Positions 50,960 to 62,509 of a DNA stretch of 64,000 nucleotides are shown here, piece by piece. The notes beneath the pieces were generated by a model that made no database searches, was not told the DNA's origin, and worked only from the letters and a program-made list of their open reading frames with translations. Source of the DNA: Bispira polyomma (Eukaryota). Both the position numbers and the translations under genes were made by a program. Location: the NCBI GenBank assembly GCA_965649765.1, contig OZ287756.1:30566001-30630000 (forward strand). Reading direction: 5' to 3'. Within the stretch, counting starts at the first letter, position 1. Each line of letters opens with the position of its first letter.

Positions 50960-53416
50960 GTGTACTTCATTGACTGTGACCTCACTTATGTCTAAAAAAA
51001 CACTTGGTAATTGGTAATTAGTATTTTAGCCAAGTAGGTTCACCTCCCCGATCACGAATTGTCAAAATGTTGCACTTAAAAAGATGCCTGGCATCAATTT
51101 GGCACATAAAAATTATTTTATATCAAGTACTTGTTGATATGTTTAGAAGGTTATATGTCTGTAGCTACATCACAGACACTTTTCCGTTTTGTTACCCATG
51201 GTGAAAATTTGCTTCCGCTAAGTGAGTTTTCAGCGTTTTAATTGTTTTTAATTATTGGACTAATTTGCAAGTATATATTTCAGTATATTAAGTATACGCT
51301 AACAAGCCTTACATGTCAATTTCAATATATACATACCTGTTTATAAGTGACTGCTGTTATTTTATCTGTTCAAACAGACTGTTCAAACAGACTTATGAAG
51401 AAAAAAGAAAATATGCTTAATATAGAGTACTTTTTCATGTATGATGTCAACTACTAAATACTACCAGTCAATGATATTTTCATCTATAATTACAAACCCT
51501 ATGTCCCCTAACGGACCCAATGTCAGTGCACAATATGGTTTTAAATTAATTACACAGTATCAGAAAATCCCCCAATTGTACCCCATAATACACTAGAATT
51601 AGGCCACCAAAAAAATTGAAGAAATTTGGACGTGAAGGCAACCATTGTTAATGGCGGTAAATAATCCCTGCCCTCTTTAATGATGAGGATATTGACACAA
51701 ATTGAATCAGCCACTTGTGGAGAATATAGAAATGGGTTAAAGTACAGTATCAAAACAGTATGTCACTGTAATTAGAGGAAATTGAATTCAACACACAAAC
51801 ATTTAATGGAAGAGAAACTGTTTGTCAGAGATATTGTATTAGATGTAGATATCAGTAGTGTGACCTCTGTAAATATTCTACCCATCTCGAAGTCACTGCC
51901 CCGCAAGGCATGACTCGTCAGTCACTAAATTTTATCCCTTTACAGTAAGTTATTGCTAGGGTCAGTGTTTACTGTGGTAACCAATGAGAAGAGATATAAG
52001 GTGAATTGTTTGGCGCCCTTTCTCACAAACGGCTTCAAGACAGTACTAGAAAGCAGCAAATATAATTATTTTCATGTGTCTTTAATTCCAGCACTAACTG
52101 TCTTTGATTACTTTTTTAAAAATATAAGTCATAAATATTTAACATTACAGCATATAGTTAAGTACACTTTTCGTCCCCTAAAGTTTGTTAATAAATGTAT
52201 TAGAAGAATGAATATTTAAACTGTTGAATATTATGATAGTGAAAACAAAATGAATCACTGGCCTCTCACCAATGTGGGTTCGAATCCTGTTTATTCTTCC
52301 ATTGGGGATGGTTTGTCGGGTACTTGCCATAGAGCGCTGGTTTACAGTGTTTCAGCAATGGTTCCCTTCACCATTAAATATAACCATTTTTACATGATCT
52401 ACGCTGTTGAAAGTAATGAAAACCCCAACTAAACCACACAAAATCTTTACCCATCCATTCAATTTAAATTTTTCTGAAGCCCTAGCTTTTATTTATATCA
52501 GACACAGCCTCATATTGTTTTTACTCTAAAAGGGCCATGTTGGAAAGTGCCGCCATGTTAAAAATAATATTTAAGGCCTTTTATGGATTGGTTGGATGTA
52601 ATCAACCTGGCCAGACTGAGACTAACAGATTAATATTTTTCACACTTATCACACTGTCCACTTTTTAAAAAGACAACTCTTGTTGTTCTTAGCTCTCTCT
52701 TGTAGAAGGGATAGCTACCAAATAGTTCTGCTCAAAACTCTACCAATAAATAGATTTTTTTTACGTCGTAAGTACAGTTACATGGGGGCACCACTTAGTA
52801 CTGGATAAAACATGTAATCACTTTACTTAATATTTGTTTTCTGTTAAAAAGCATAGCAAGAACATAAAAAGGTTCAATGGATCACTTTTCTGTTCCTTTG
52901 AAATACTGGTTATCAAAAGTATTTCTGTGAGTACCTCTGCAGCTACAAAACTATCATCACTTACTTGCCAAAGATGAAATGAATATAAATTGTGAAATGT
53001 GGCAAAACTATGACCTTGCCCTAAAGGAATATATTGTTTAAAAGAGTGTCGTGTGAATTAAAGTGAACTAAATATAGTAGTTTGAGATCCAGGTCAAATA
53101 CAATTGCTGGTCTGCTGGGAACTTCTTAATTTTCGGTAACATAACACTTGTACAAAGGTAATAGAAAACATCAAGTACAAAATCGGGAGCCTTACATGTA
53201 GTAAATTAGAAAGCGGAGACCCCAGGTGGTTGTAGCTTAGTGGTAGGTATCAAGTTACTTTGATAAAAGTAATGAGCTGTGTGAAGTGGTTTGAATGTAT
53301 CTTATATCTTACATCCATACTGCTACAGTAATCTATTCGAATGTTAGTCACTGTGTTCAGGATTTATTCATAAGTTATTTATTCATAATTAGTTTACCGT
53401 GTATTTATTTTTGAAA

Positions 53417-53655
53417 ATGTGTTATTTTAATATAACCTAATTTGTACTGATGAATATGTGTGAACATGTGTTATTTTAATATAACCTAATTTGTACTGAT
53501 GAATATGTGTGAACATGTGTTATTTTAATATAACCTAATTTGTACTGATGAATATGTGTGAACATGTGTTATTTTAATATAACCTAATTTGTACTGATGA
53601 ATATGTGTGAACATGTGTTATTTTAATACAACCTAATTTGTACTGATGAATATGT
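53417..53655. repeat. 49-bp tandem repeat x ~4.9
   Basis: Unit atgtgttattttaatataacctaatttgtactgatgaatatgtgtgaac, near-identical copies; absent from C copy 2. Confidence 0.95.
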
Positions 53656-53954
53656 CTGCAATTTGAGCGAAGGTCGAACCACTGTGATCAGAGGACAGAA
53701 CTTCGGAACACACAATTGCCTACTGGATTGGAATTTAGTTGGCTTTTACGTTGCCTTCAAAAGTTTATGTTATATCACAACGGCCAAATTCAATGGTGGA
53801 AGAAACCAGTGCTAAAACAACGTAAACCACGGACCTATGGCAAGTATACCCGACAAACTTTCTCACAAGAAACAACAACCGTCTTCTAAATATGAATTGC
53901 TATCAGCTTTGTCTCATAAAAATATTTTTAAAAGATATAAATACCAAAAAAGTG

Positions 53955-54180
53955 CTCCTCAGGGTGGTGTAGATTTAACACTATACTATCAGTTACCACC
54001 TCTGCAGGTGCCGGTTCAATCCTCAGCCACAACATCTATGTGGAAAAGTTGTGTAATGGATTTTCCTAATGCCAGCGGTTTAGCAGTGTCACAAAAATCT
54101 CGGCCTTTTATACCTAGTTCTTGCTTTCTTCCACCAATAAACTTTGCTATTGGAAGTGATGTCAAAGTGAAAATATTATA
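53955..54180 (+). mobile_element. Second degenerate tRNA-derived SINE family (copies ~33740, 35610, 40790, 43365, 60010, 63125)
   Basis: ggtggtgtag..ttaacac head, ggttcaatcc / ggttcgattc B-box, tccaccaataaact core. Confidence 0.55.
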
Positions 54181-54771
54181 GACTACTCCTGGACAACCCC
54201 AATAATATACGGAATTGTCTCACAGCAGTAATATCAATCTGTCTCATTGCAAAAGTTACTGCAATAACATTGGGTCCTTTATACCCTATTGACGTGGATT
54301 AATTTCTAAGGTCGGCGGGTTGATTCTATATTAACTAAACTATTGAGTTTTTTGCCTATAATACCCCCAAAAATGCACAACTAACACAACAATCAGTGAA
54401 TTGCACTAAATAGATTTATTATAGTGTAGTTTAAATCTCTGTATATTGGATAGTCAAGCCAGGAATTATGTTTGTATTGATGCTCCTGCTATGAAATACC
54501 AAAATAATATTTCATTAAATTAATTAGTTTTGGATGACACAAAATTATTTCCTAATCTGTTTACTTAGGTGACTTCTATGTTATTAACATCAACAATGAG
54601 GCTATATTTCATATTTACAGTAACCATAGAAAAAACTATTAAATATAGCTCATTATTGATTAGCACTGTGCTTGTACTATAAATGATTAAAGCAAATTAA
54701 AAAAATTACAAAACATAAAACTTTAATGGCAGGATGGGGTTTATACCAAGAAAGAAACCACTGAATCTTGG

Positions 54772-55144
54772 GAGCAGATCCCGTTAGAGAGAGCAGATCC
54801 CATTAGAGAAAGCAGATCTAGTTAGAGAGAGCAGATCCAGTTAGAGAGAGTAGATCCTGTTAGAGAGAGCAGATTCAGTTAGACATAGTGGATCCAGTTA
54901 GACATAGCGGATGCAGTTAGAGAGCGCAGATCCAGTTAGAGAGAGTAGATCCAGTAAGAGAGAGCGGATTCAGTTAGAGAGAGTAGATCCAGTACTAGAG
55001 AGCGGATTCAGTTAGAGAGAGTAGATCCAGTAAGAGAGAGCGGATCCAGTCATAGAGAGTAGATCCAGTAAGAGAGAGCGGATCCAGTTAGAGAGAGTAG
55101 ATCCACTTGGAGAGAGCAGATCCAGTTAGAGAGAGCGGATCCAG
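54772..55144. repeat. 20-bp minisatellite (gagagYRgatccagttagag) x ~18 within a HINE-like element
   Basis: Tandem units visible, followed by ccttggtaaaggcatgtgcgccct 3' end. The paralog at ~60655 has a single degenerate unit. Confidence 0.9.
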
Positions 55145-58100
55145 ATTTATATTTTTAAAATTTTTGGAACTGTGTCACCTTGGTAAAGGCATGTGCGCCC
55201 TTCCATATTATTTAAGTAATACTTGATTTAAATTTAAATTTTATTCCTACAAACAATCACATTCCAGAATTTTTAGCAGCTAACAAACTTCACCCTACTC
55301 CCACAGCAAGAAATATCGCGAGGCCTTGAAAAGGCTAACACAAATCACAGTGTGATGAAGTAGTGAGGAGCAGTAATTACTTCTGGGTCTATTAAAAGTA
55401 AAGCTACTTACCTTAAACAACAGAACAAAAACAAGGTTGTTAAAAATAGCCCATTCTATTACATTTCTATTTTTAGACGAGACATTTTAAACTTAACAAC
55501 CTATTTTCAATGGTTTTCTGCTAGCAAAACGGGTGTCAACAAACTCAGATCAAAATTACTGAAAATTTATAGCTGGGTTTCTAGCAGTTAATGAGTACAG
55601 GAAGGATGCTGTTTATACTGCTGGTCAGTTTAAAGACTGCGACAAGGCCTATTTCAACACACATCTAATATTTACCTTAAAGTTATCATTCATCCTAACA
55701 TCTAGTCTCCTGTTGCAGTGAAAACAAACCCTTACATGTGATGTTTGGAATTCTGGGAATAAATATATATAAACTATATTTATATAATTTTTCTGTTACC
55801 CTTCCCCAGAAACACAAACTTAATTACTTTTGAACAGTAACAGGTAAACAATGTATTTTAAACATATATTAGTTGATGACTTCATCAATCCCTTGATTTG
55901 TATAAATATGTAAATAAGCACAGATCTGTACATTGGGATATAGAAATTGTCTGAGAAATAGTTAGCTGTTTGAAAGATGTCTCCTAAAAATGCTGTGACA
56001 TTGTTATAGCTTTCTTTTGAAATTTTTTAATAAATCAATACTCATTATGCATACACCTCAATACTTAAAAATACAGATGCCACTTCCAGCAATATATGGA
56101 TACAATAAGGAAAGTGATGATGTTTTTTAATTCATTAAATTACAACACATGGAATATGGATTCTCTTTAGCAATTATTAGTAGTTGTTTTATTTTTGTAT
56201 GTGTAAGTAGGTCATTTACCTATCATAGCTCTGTATGTGTGTGGGAAGGTTGATCTTCATTATTCGTTTTTACATATGTGTGCTTAATATTAATAGTAAC
56301 TTTGCAAACTTCTAACTTCATGTCTATCAATACAATGTTACTGTTATTCGGAATGCTTGCATAGAGATTTGTTTGATGTATGTGTGCACTGAGTTACTTT
56401 CAATTATAATTTGCCACCTCGTTATGAAAGTAGACCTCCAAACCTTGTATTTTACACAAAGTTTCGCAAACTTTGGATGACACTTTAACTCACCTCTGTT
56501 TATCCTCATCTTCACACACTTCCGTTTCATTTTAGTAAATCTCACATTTACCTCTGATGGTTGATAAACACCATTTCTTGCATATATCACGTTTGACCTT
56601 CATTTTGTGATCACATCTTCTGACCTATCACCCCTTATTGTTTGAACCTTCTAGCATATATCACCTTTGACCTTTATTTGCTCACCTTCTACCCCTTTTC
56701 GAACTGTGTGGGAATGTTGACAGACTTATTAAAGGTTGGTGAGCTAAACTTTGAGCAACTACCCTATTATGTTCCTGCACCGGTGAATGATATGTCATGA
56801 TATGATACAAACACGCTGACAACAACATTACACCCGAACTGCTGGACTAATCAAATTTCTATTTCTCTCATTTGTCTTCCTTTATATGGTATGCACAGCA
56901 CTAATGAACCATTTCTTAATTTCCAAAGTACTAATAACTAACAGCAGTAACTGACACACCCCTAACTGGAGATAGTTGTGGATGACTATTCAATGAAGGG
57001 CAGTGGTGTGGAGAACAAAAAAACTGCCTATTGCAATGTAGTGCACGGTTCTTGAAAGCCATGTCCAACCCAAAACTAAACTCTATTCTCCATTTAAACT
57101 TCGCATTTTGGCCAGTACATATTTTGAAGTAAAATTATGTCAATTCCATATTTCTTTTATTTTGTAAGCATTGGGTACTAGTTTTAAAAACACTTGATTT
57201 GACCATTCTTGAGAGCTTAAGTTAGTGTAGCATTGAGAAATTCTCCAGAAAACACATACACAAATAACAGTCACTTCAGAGGGATGACCCCTCGCCATTT
57301 CTATTTTCCATATGGTAAAGATGATACACCTATAACTTTGAGATACATGCTTCTTTTAGTTTAGTGACATTCAAGGTAGAGCTACATGTAACTTTGCTTA
57401 GAACTGAACTGAACTGTTTCTAAGTGACTCCTGTAATGTTATCTCTTTAGATTGTTGACATATTGAAGGCCTATCAAGCACATGTGTTTAATTTTGCCAA
57501 ACACACTTAAAAACAAGTATATATACTTACTATAGAGTACTATTTCATATACAAGGTCAACTACAAAAGACCACAAGTCAATGATATTTTCATCTATATT
57601 TACAAACCCTATCCCCCGCACATTACCTAATGAACCCAATGTCAGAACACAAATATGGGTTTAAATTAATTACTCAATATCAGGAAGCCCCCCAATTGCA
57701 CCCCAAAACATGCTAGAATTAGGCCACAAATGAAGACTGAAGAAATCTGGATGTGAAGGCAAGTATTGTTGATGGCTGTAAATAATCTCTGCCTCCTTTA
57801 ATAATGAAAATATTGATATTAATTGAATCACCCACTTGTGGAGATTATAGAATTGGGTTAAAGTACAGTATCAAAAACATTATGTCACTGTGAGGAGGGA
57901 AAATTTATACAGAAACATTTAAAGGAAGGAAAGCTATTTGTCAGAGATAATTTATCAGATGTAGATATTTGTTGTGACATCTGTAAATATTCTACCCACA
58001 TGTACGTCCCTAATTCCAGCACTAGTGTCTTTGATTACTTGTAGGCAACATAAGTCATAAAAATTTAACATTTTACAACGTATTTTGAAGCACACTTTTC

Positions 58101-60978
58101 TCCTCCTAAATAGTGTTGGTATTCACTTTAAGACACCCTGAAGACATCCTGTAAATTTGTAGTGGATACTGTGGCAGTTGCAACCGAAGTCTGCCTGCAG
58201 TTAAGGTCCACCTTGAATTTAATACTTAATATATGTATGAAACGAATGAATATTCAAATTGTTGAACAATATCGCAGTGAAAATGATACCCCAACTGAGA
58301 ACAAGATATTTAGTTTTACATATTGAAAAGTAATCTTTAAGATTGATTTTCTTTAATATACGGGGCGACCGTAAACTGTTGGTGGACCTAGACCTAAATT
58401 GCTACTCTATCACCCGTCCATTAAGTCTAGGTTTCGTTAGTTGTAACCCAACATATTAATACATATAATAGTCTTCCTGTTGCACATACATAACTTGAAA
58501 CATTTCATGGTTTTATGAAAAAGTTTAAAACCTATCTCTGCAACTCGCCTATCCCCCTTATTTCCCTTTTTGTACACCCGAGATCATTTCTTATGACCTT
58601 GAGTATGTTTTTGAATTTCTCTATTGGTTAAAGTATTATGTTGTTGTGCTTTAAAAGATACCTCACATCAATAAGGTAAGTTCAAAACCATAGTGCAATA
58701 CAATTCATCCCGGGGGTGTGGTGGCCTAGTCACTTCACTATCACTGGCCTCTAACCAATGTTGGTTTGAATCCAATGTGTTACTTCATTTTGGAACAAGT
58801 TTGTAAGGCACCTGCCACAGGCCAGTGGTTTATAGTGATTCAGCATTGGTTTTCTTTTACCATTGTGATATGACCTAAGCTGTTGAAATAAAACTAAACA
58901 ACACAAAGAAAAGCGAAATTAAACAAAATTTACAATCATCTATTCCATTCTGCAACCTCACTGTACCTTAAGTGTCCCTTTTAAATTCGTTGGAAGCAAT
59001 CAACTAGGCCAAGTTGAAGGTGTCAGATTTCACACTGTGCCCATGTGTCTTTTTTAAAAGACAACTCTTGTTGTTTTTTGTTTTCTCTTATAGTAGGGAT
59101 AACTACCAAATAGTTCTGCTCAAAACTCTGACAATAAATAGATTTTTTTCACTGCATAAATACAGTCACGTGGGGTTCTACTAAGCACTGCATGAAACAT
59201 GTGATCACTTTACTTAATATTTGTTTCCTTTTTAAAAACACAAGCACATTTAATTTAATGAATTATTTATCTAAAATACTGGTTATCAAAATTAATTAGT
59301 TGCAAAACTATAATCACTTACCTGCAAAGGATGGAATGAAAATAAGAAATGTGGCCAAACTATGTTCTTGACATAAAGGAATGTGTTCTTTAAATAGTGT
59401 TGTGTTAATTAAATCAAGTGAAAAGTAAAATAGTTTGAGATCCAGATCAAAGACTTAACAACATTTATTTGTCTGCAGAGAACTTTTAAATTTTTAGTAA
59501 CATAACACTTCTGCATAGGTCACAGAAAACATCAAGTACAAAATGATAAGCTTTAAATGCAGTAAATTAGAAAGTGGAGACACAGCTTAGTTGTAGGTAT
59601 CAAATTACCATTATACGTGTAATGAGCTGTGTAAAATGTTTTGAATCTAATACATATCCTGCATTTATACTGCTACAGCAATCTATTTAAATGCTAGTCA
59701 CTGTGTTGATATTGTTTGTGTTATAATAAGCCACATTTAACGGTGGAATAGATCAGTGCTGAAGCACTGTAAACCACCTACCTGACAAACTTTCCCAGAT
59801 GAAGGAACAAACAGGATTCAAACCCGCATTGGTGAGAGGCCAGTGATTGTGAAGTAGGCAATTCTAGCCACTCATGCCTCCGCGTCCCAGTTGCCTTCTG
59901 GTGACCAGTACTATGCTTGTAGGACACACGCCTTCCCAATATTAATTGTCATCAGCTTTGTCTCATATAACTTTTTTTTAAAGTATAAATACTAAAAAAG
60001 CAGCTCAGTGCTCCTCAGTGTGGTGTAGGTTTAACACTATCAGTTCCCACCTGTGCAGTTGTGAGTTTGATTCTCAGCCACAACGTTGTGTGTGGAAAAG
60101 TTGGGCCATGGACTTTCCTAATGTACAGTTGTGCAATGTCAAAAATCTCTGTCTACTGTACCCAGTTTTCACCTATAAACTTGCTATTGAAAGTGATAAT
60201 AAAGTGAATATATTATAGACTCCCCGACAACCCCAATAATCTGCAGAATTGGCTCACACCAGTGAGATTAATCCGTCTCATTGCAAAAGTTATTGTGATA
60301 AAATCAGGTCCTTTATACCCCAGTGATGCGGATTGATCTTTAAGGCCAGAGGGTTAATTCTTCATTACCTCTTATTTAGAAGTGTGTGTAATTTTAGAAA
60401 ATGGACTAAAACTAAAACAGTTTAAGAATAATGTGTAGTTATTTTTAAAGTGTATGTGTGTTTTATTGTTTTCAGTGTTAAATGTTCAATGCATCTTCAT
60501 TTTCCTTTAACATCTGTTTTTTAAATTCAAATGTTCAAATTCTGTTGAGCTTTTCAAAAGTAATTATTGAGTGTAATTATTCATTTCTCTTGTAATTGTA
60601 GTCATTTACTGTCAGCCTGTAACTGACACAGCCCTATATTTGTACATATATTTGTGCATCCAGATTTACATTTTAAACTCTTTTTTTGGTACTATGGCAC
60701 CTTGGTGGAAGTATATGCATCCTTCCATATTATTTAAATAATACTTAATATAGGTATTCAAGTTTATTTCCGTAATCACATTCAATAATTTTTAGAAGGT
60801 AACAAACTTCATCTTACTTCCACAGAGAGAAACATAGCTATGCCTTGAAAAGGCTAACCCAAATCCACCGTGTGATGAAGTAGTGAGGAGTAGTAATTAC
60901 TTCCGGGTCTATTAAAAGTAAAGCTACTTACCTTAAACAACAACAAAAAACAAGGTTGTTAAATATAGCCCATTCTAT

Positions 60979-62509
60979 GGATAGTTTCTACTTTACCGGT
61001 ACGGATTCTTTATTTACGCGAGATCTCGTTGTTATAAGCGGCACTAATAATTTTCTGAAAGATAAGACCTAAAATATAATGTCGAGGATTCCTTCTAAAA
61101 TGTATTTAAAAACTAAAAAGGGGGGTTTGGGGGGATATCCCCCCAAACTATTTCAAATTTACCTTGTTTAATCATCAAATAAATCAGCACTAGTATCTAG
61201 TGGCTCATCTTCTTTATCATCAAATAAATCACCACTAGTATCTAGTGGCTCATTTTCTTTATTGTCAATGATTTCATTGGGATTGTAGATTGATGAGACT
61301 AAATCCAAAAATTTAACAAACTTGTCCTCTGCAGAATTTAGATATTTCTTTCTGACCACATACTCCAAAAAATAACTATTGTACATCTGCTTTTGGGTTC
61401 CGTTTTTGGGAAGATGCGATTTTAACTGGTGCCAAGTTGACTCTATTGTTTGAGTATGTGCACCAGTTTCACTGTTTACAAACTCTTTGGAATGATTTAC
61501 AGTCAAATGTTGGTATCCTTGCTTTTCCAACCCTTTGTAGGCTGCCCAACAATCACTAATAATTAAAGATTTTGGCCTAATATATTTTTTTTATTAAAGG
61601 AACTAATGTATCAGCGCTTCTATTGTCTACTACCACAAAAAAACACTTCTTACTTTCTCTTTCTATGCCACCAAAAACCCAACACCCATCTACTCTTCTG
61701 CCTCTGTTGTATTTTCTTTTTCCAAATTTACTTTCGTCTATTTCAACAATAATGCCCTCACCCCCTGGTTCATTATCCCTTTCTAAGATTTTCAAACAAA
61801 CTTCACGTGCAAAATTGTGCCAATCCACTAAAGTTCCAGCACAACCAATATGCAATTCACCCTTGACAAAATCCTGTGGTAAACTGTATACCCAATAATA
61901 AGTTAATTTTACTATTTGTTCAATAGATAAATGAGAACCAGCAAACCAGCTTCCACTTCTGATAGATTTCTTAAAGTTACAACTTCTGTTGGTGCATCTA
62001 TACACAACTTTATCCTTTGGATATGAATTGTCTTTTTACCAAATGTAAATATCCATCAAAACATTTCACACATAAATCTTTAAATTTTCCAATTAATCCT
62101 TTTTCACTTAACCAAATTAGTAACTCAGTCTTATTCCTACATAATTCATACAAATCATCATATACCATACGAGATAAACTCATTTTTAATCCAAATTTTT
62201 AAAACATCTCAACCTTAAAAAGATAATTCTACGGCAAAGTAACGGTTGCCCTAGGTAACCGTGCCCAAACAAAAAAAAATACCAAACTTACCTATTCAAA
62301 TGCTCTTCTCGTCTTTATTTTAATAAGAAAAGCACACAATTTTCAGTCATATCATGATGTGACCTATTTTTTAACGTAGAATCTGATGGTAACATTATTT
62401 TTATATAAAAATTTGTATTTATCATGTTAACGTATAAGACACCTTGTATTTATTTATGTTGTAAGCGAAATCTCGTTAAAATCTCGTACCAGTAAAGTAG
62501 AATTGCTCC
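60979..62509 (-). mobile_element. Merlin-superfamily DNA transposon (IS1595/ISXO2-like)
   Basis: Imperfect ~25-bp TIRs GGATAGTTTCTACTTTACCGGTACG / GGAGCAATTCTACTTTACTGGTACG; 8-bp TSD cattctat (60971-60978, 62510-62517); single cattctat at the paralogous empty site 55452-55459. Confidence 0.95.
61168..62183 (-). pseudogene. Merlin/ISXO2-like DDE transposase with two homopolymer frameshifts (~62035, ~61585)
   Basis: MSLSR.., Zn ribbon CVKC..CTNRSC, VEIDESKFGKRKYNRG, WVFGGIER, IISDCWAAY, HLTVNH, GAHTQTIESTW. Confidence 0.92.

Larger units (their letters stand above)
44441..50963 (+). mobile_element. Ngaro-type (DIRS order) tyrosine-recombinase retrotransposon, full length, decayed
   Basis: Split direct repeats A1 44441-44661, B1 49379-49580, A2 49581-49801, B2 50758-50959 (3 mismatches between A copies, 1 between B copies). 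Gag, RT-RNase H and YR frames present; no methyltransferase seen. Confidence 0.95.
50964..56700 (+). repeat. Segmental duplication family C, copy 1 (its start at ~44340 is displaced by the Ngaro insertion)
   Basis: Collinear with 57530-63560 (51421 vs 57531, 52670 vs 59055, 55350 vs 60870, 56330 vs 63305); 50964-51300 matches 63688-63920. Confidence 0.9.

Noticed and set aside
52255-52300. tRNA gene (ggttcgaatcc)
   Set aside because: B box belongs to a SINE head; no cloverleaf, and a SINE body follows.
53417-53655. CTGATGA plus short stem in the 49-bp repeat as a hammerhead ribozyme, or the array as CRISPR
   Set aside because: No GAAA after stem II; units are contiguous with no spacers; eukaryotic context with no cas genes.
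55352-55460. GTGATGA as the C box of a C/D snoRNA
   Set aside because: No D box (CTGA) or terminal stem at a suitable distance in either copy.
60979-62509. Bacterial IS1595 contamination
   Set aside because: Integrated with a TSD into host duplicated DNA whose paralog is empty; motifs fit eukaryotic Merlin.
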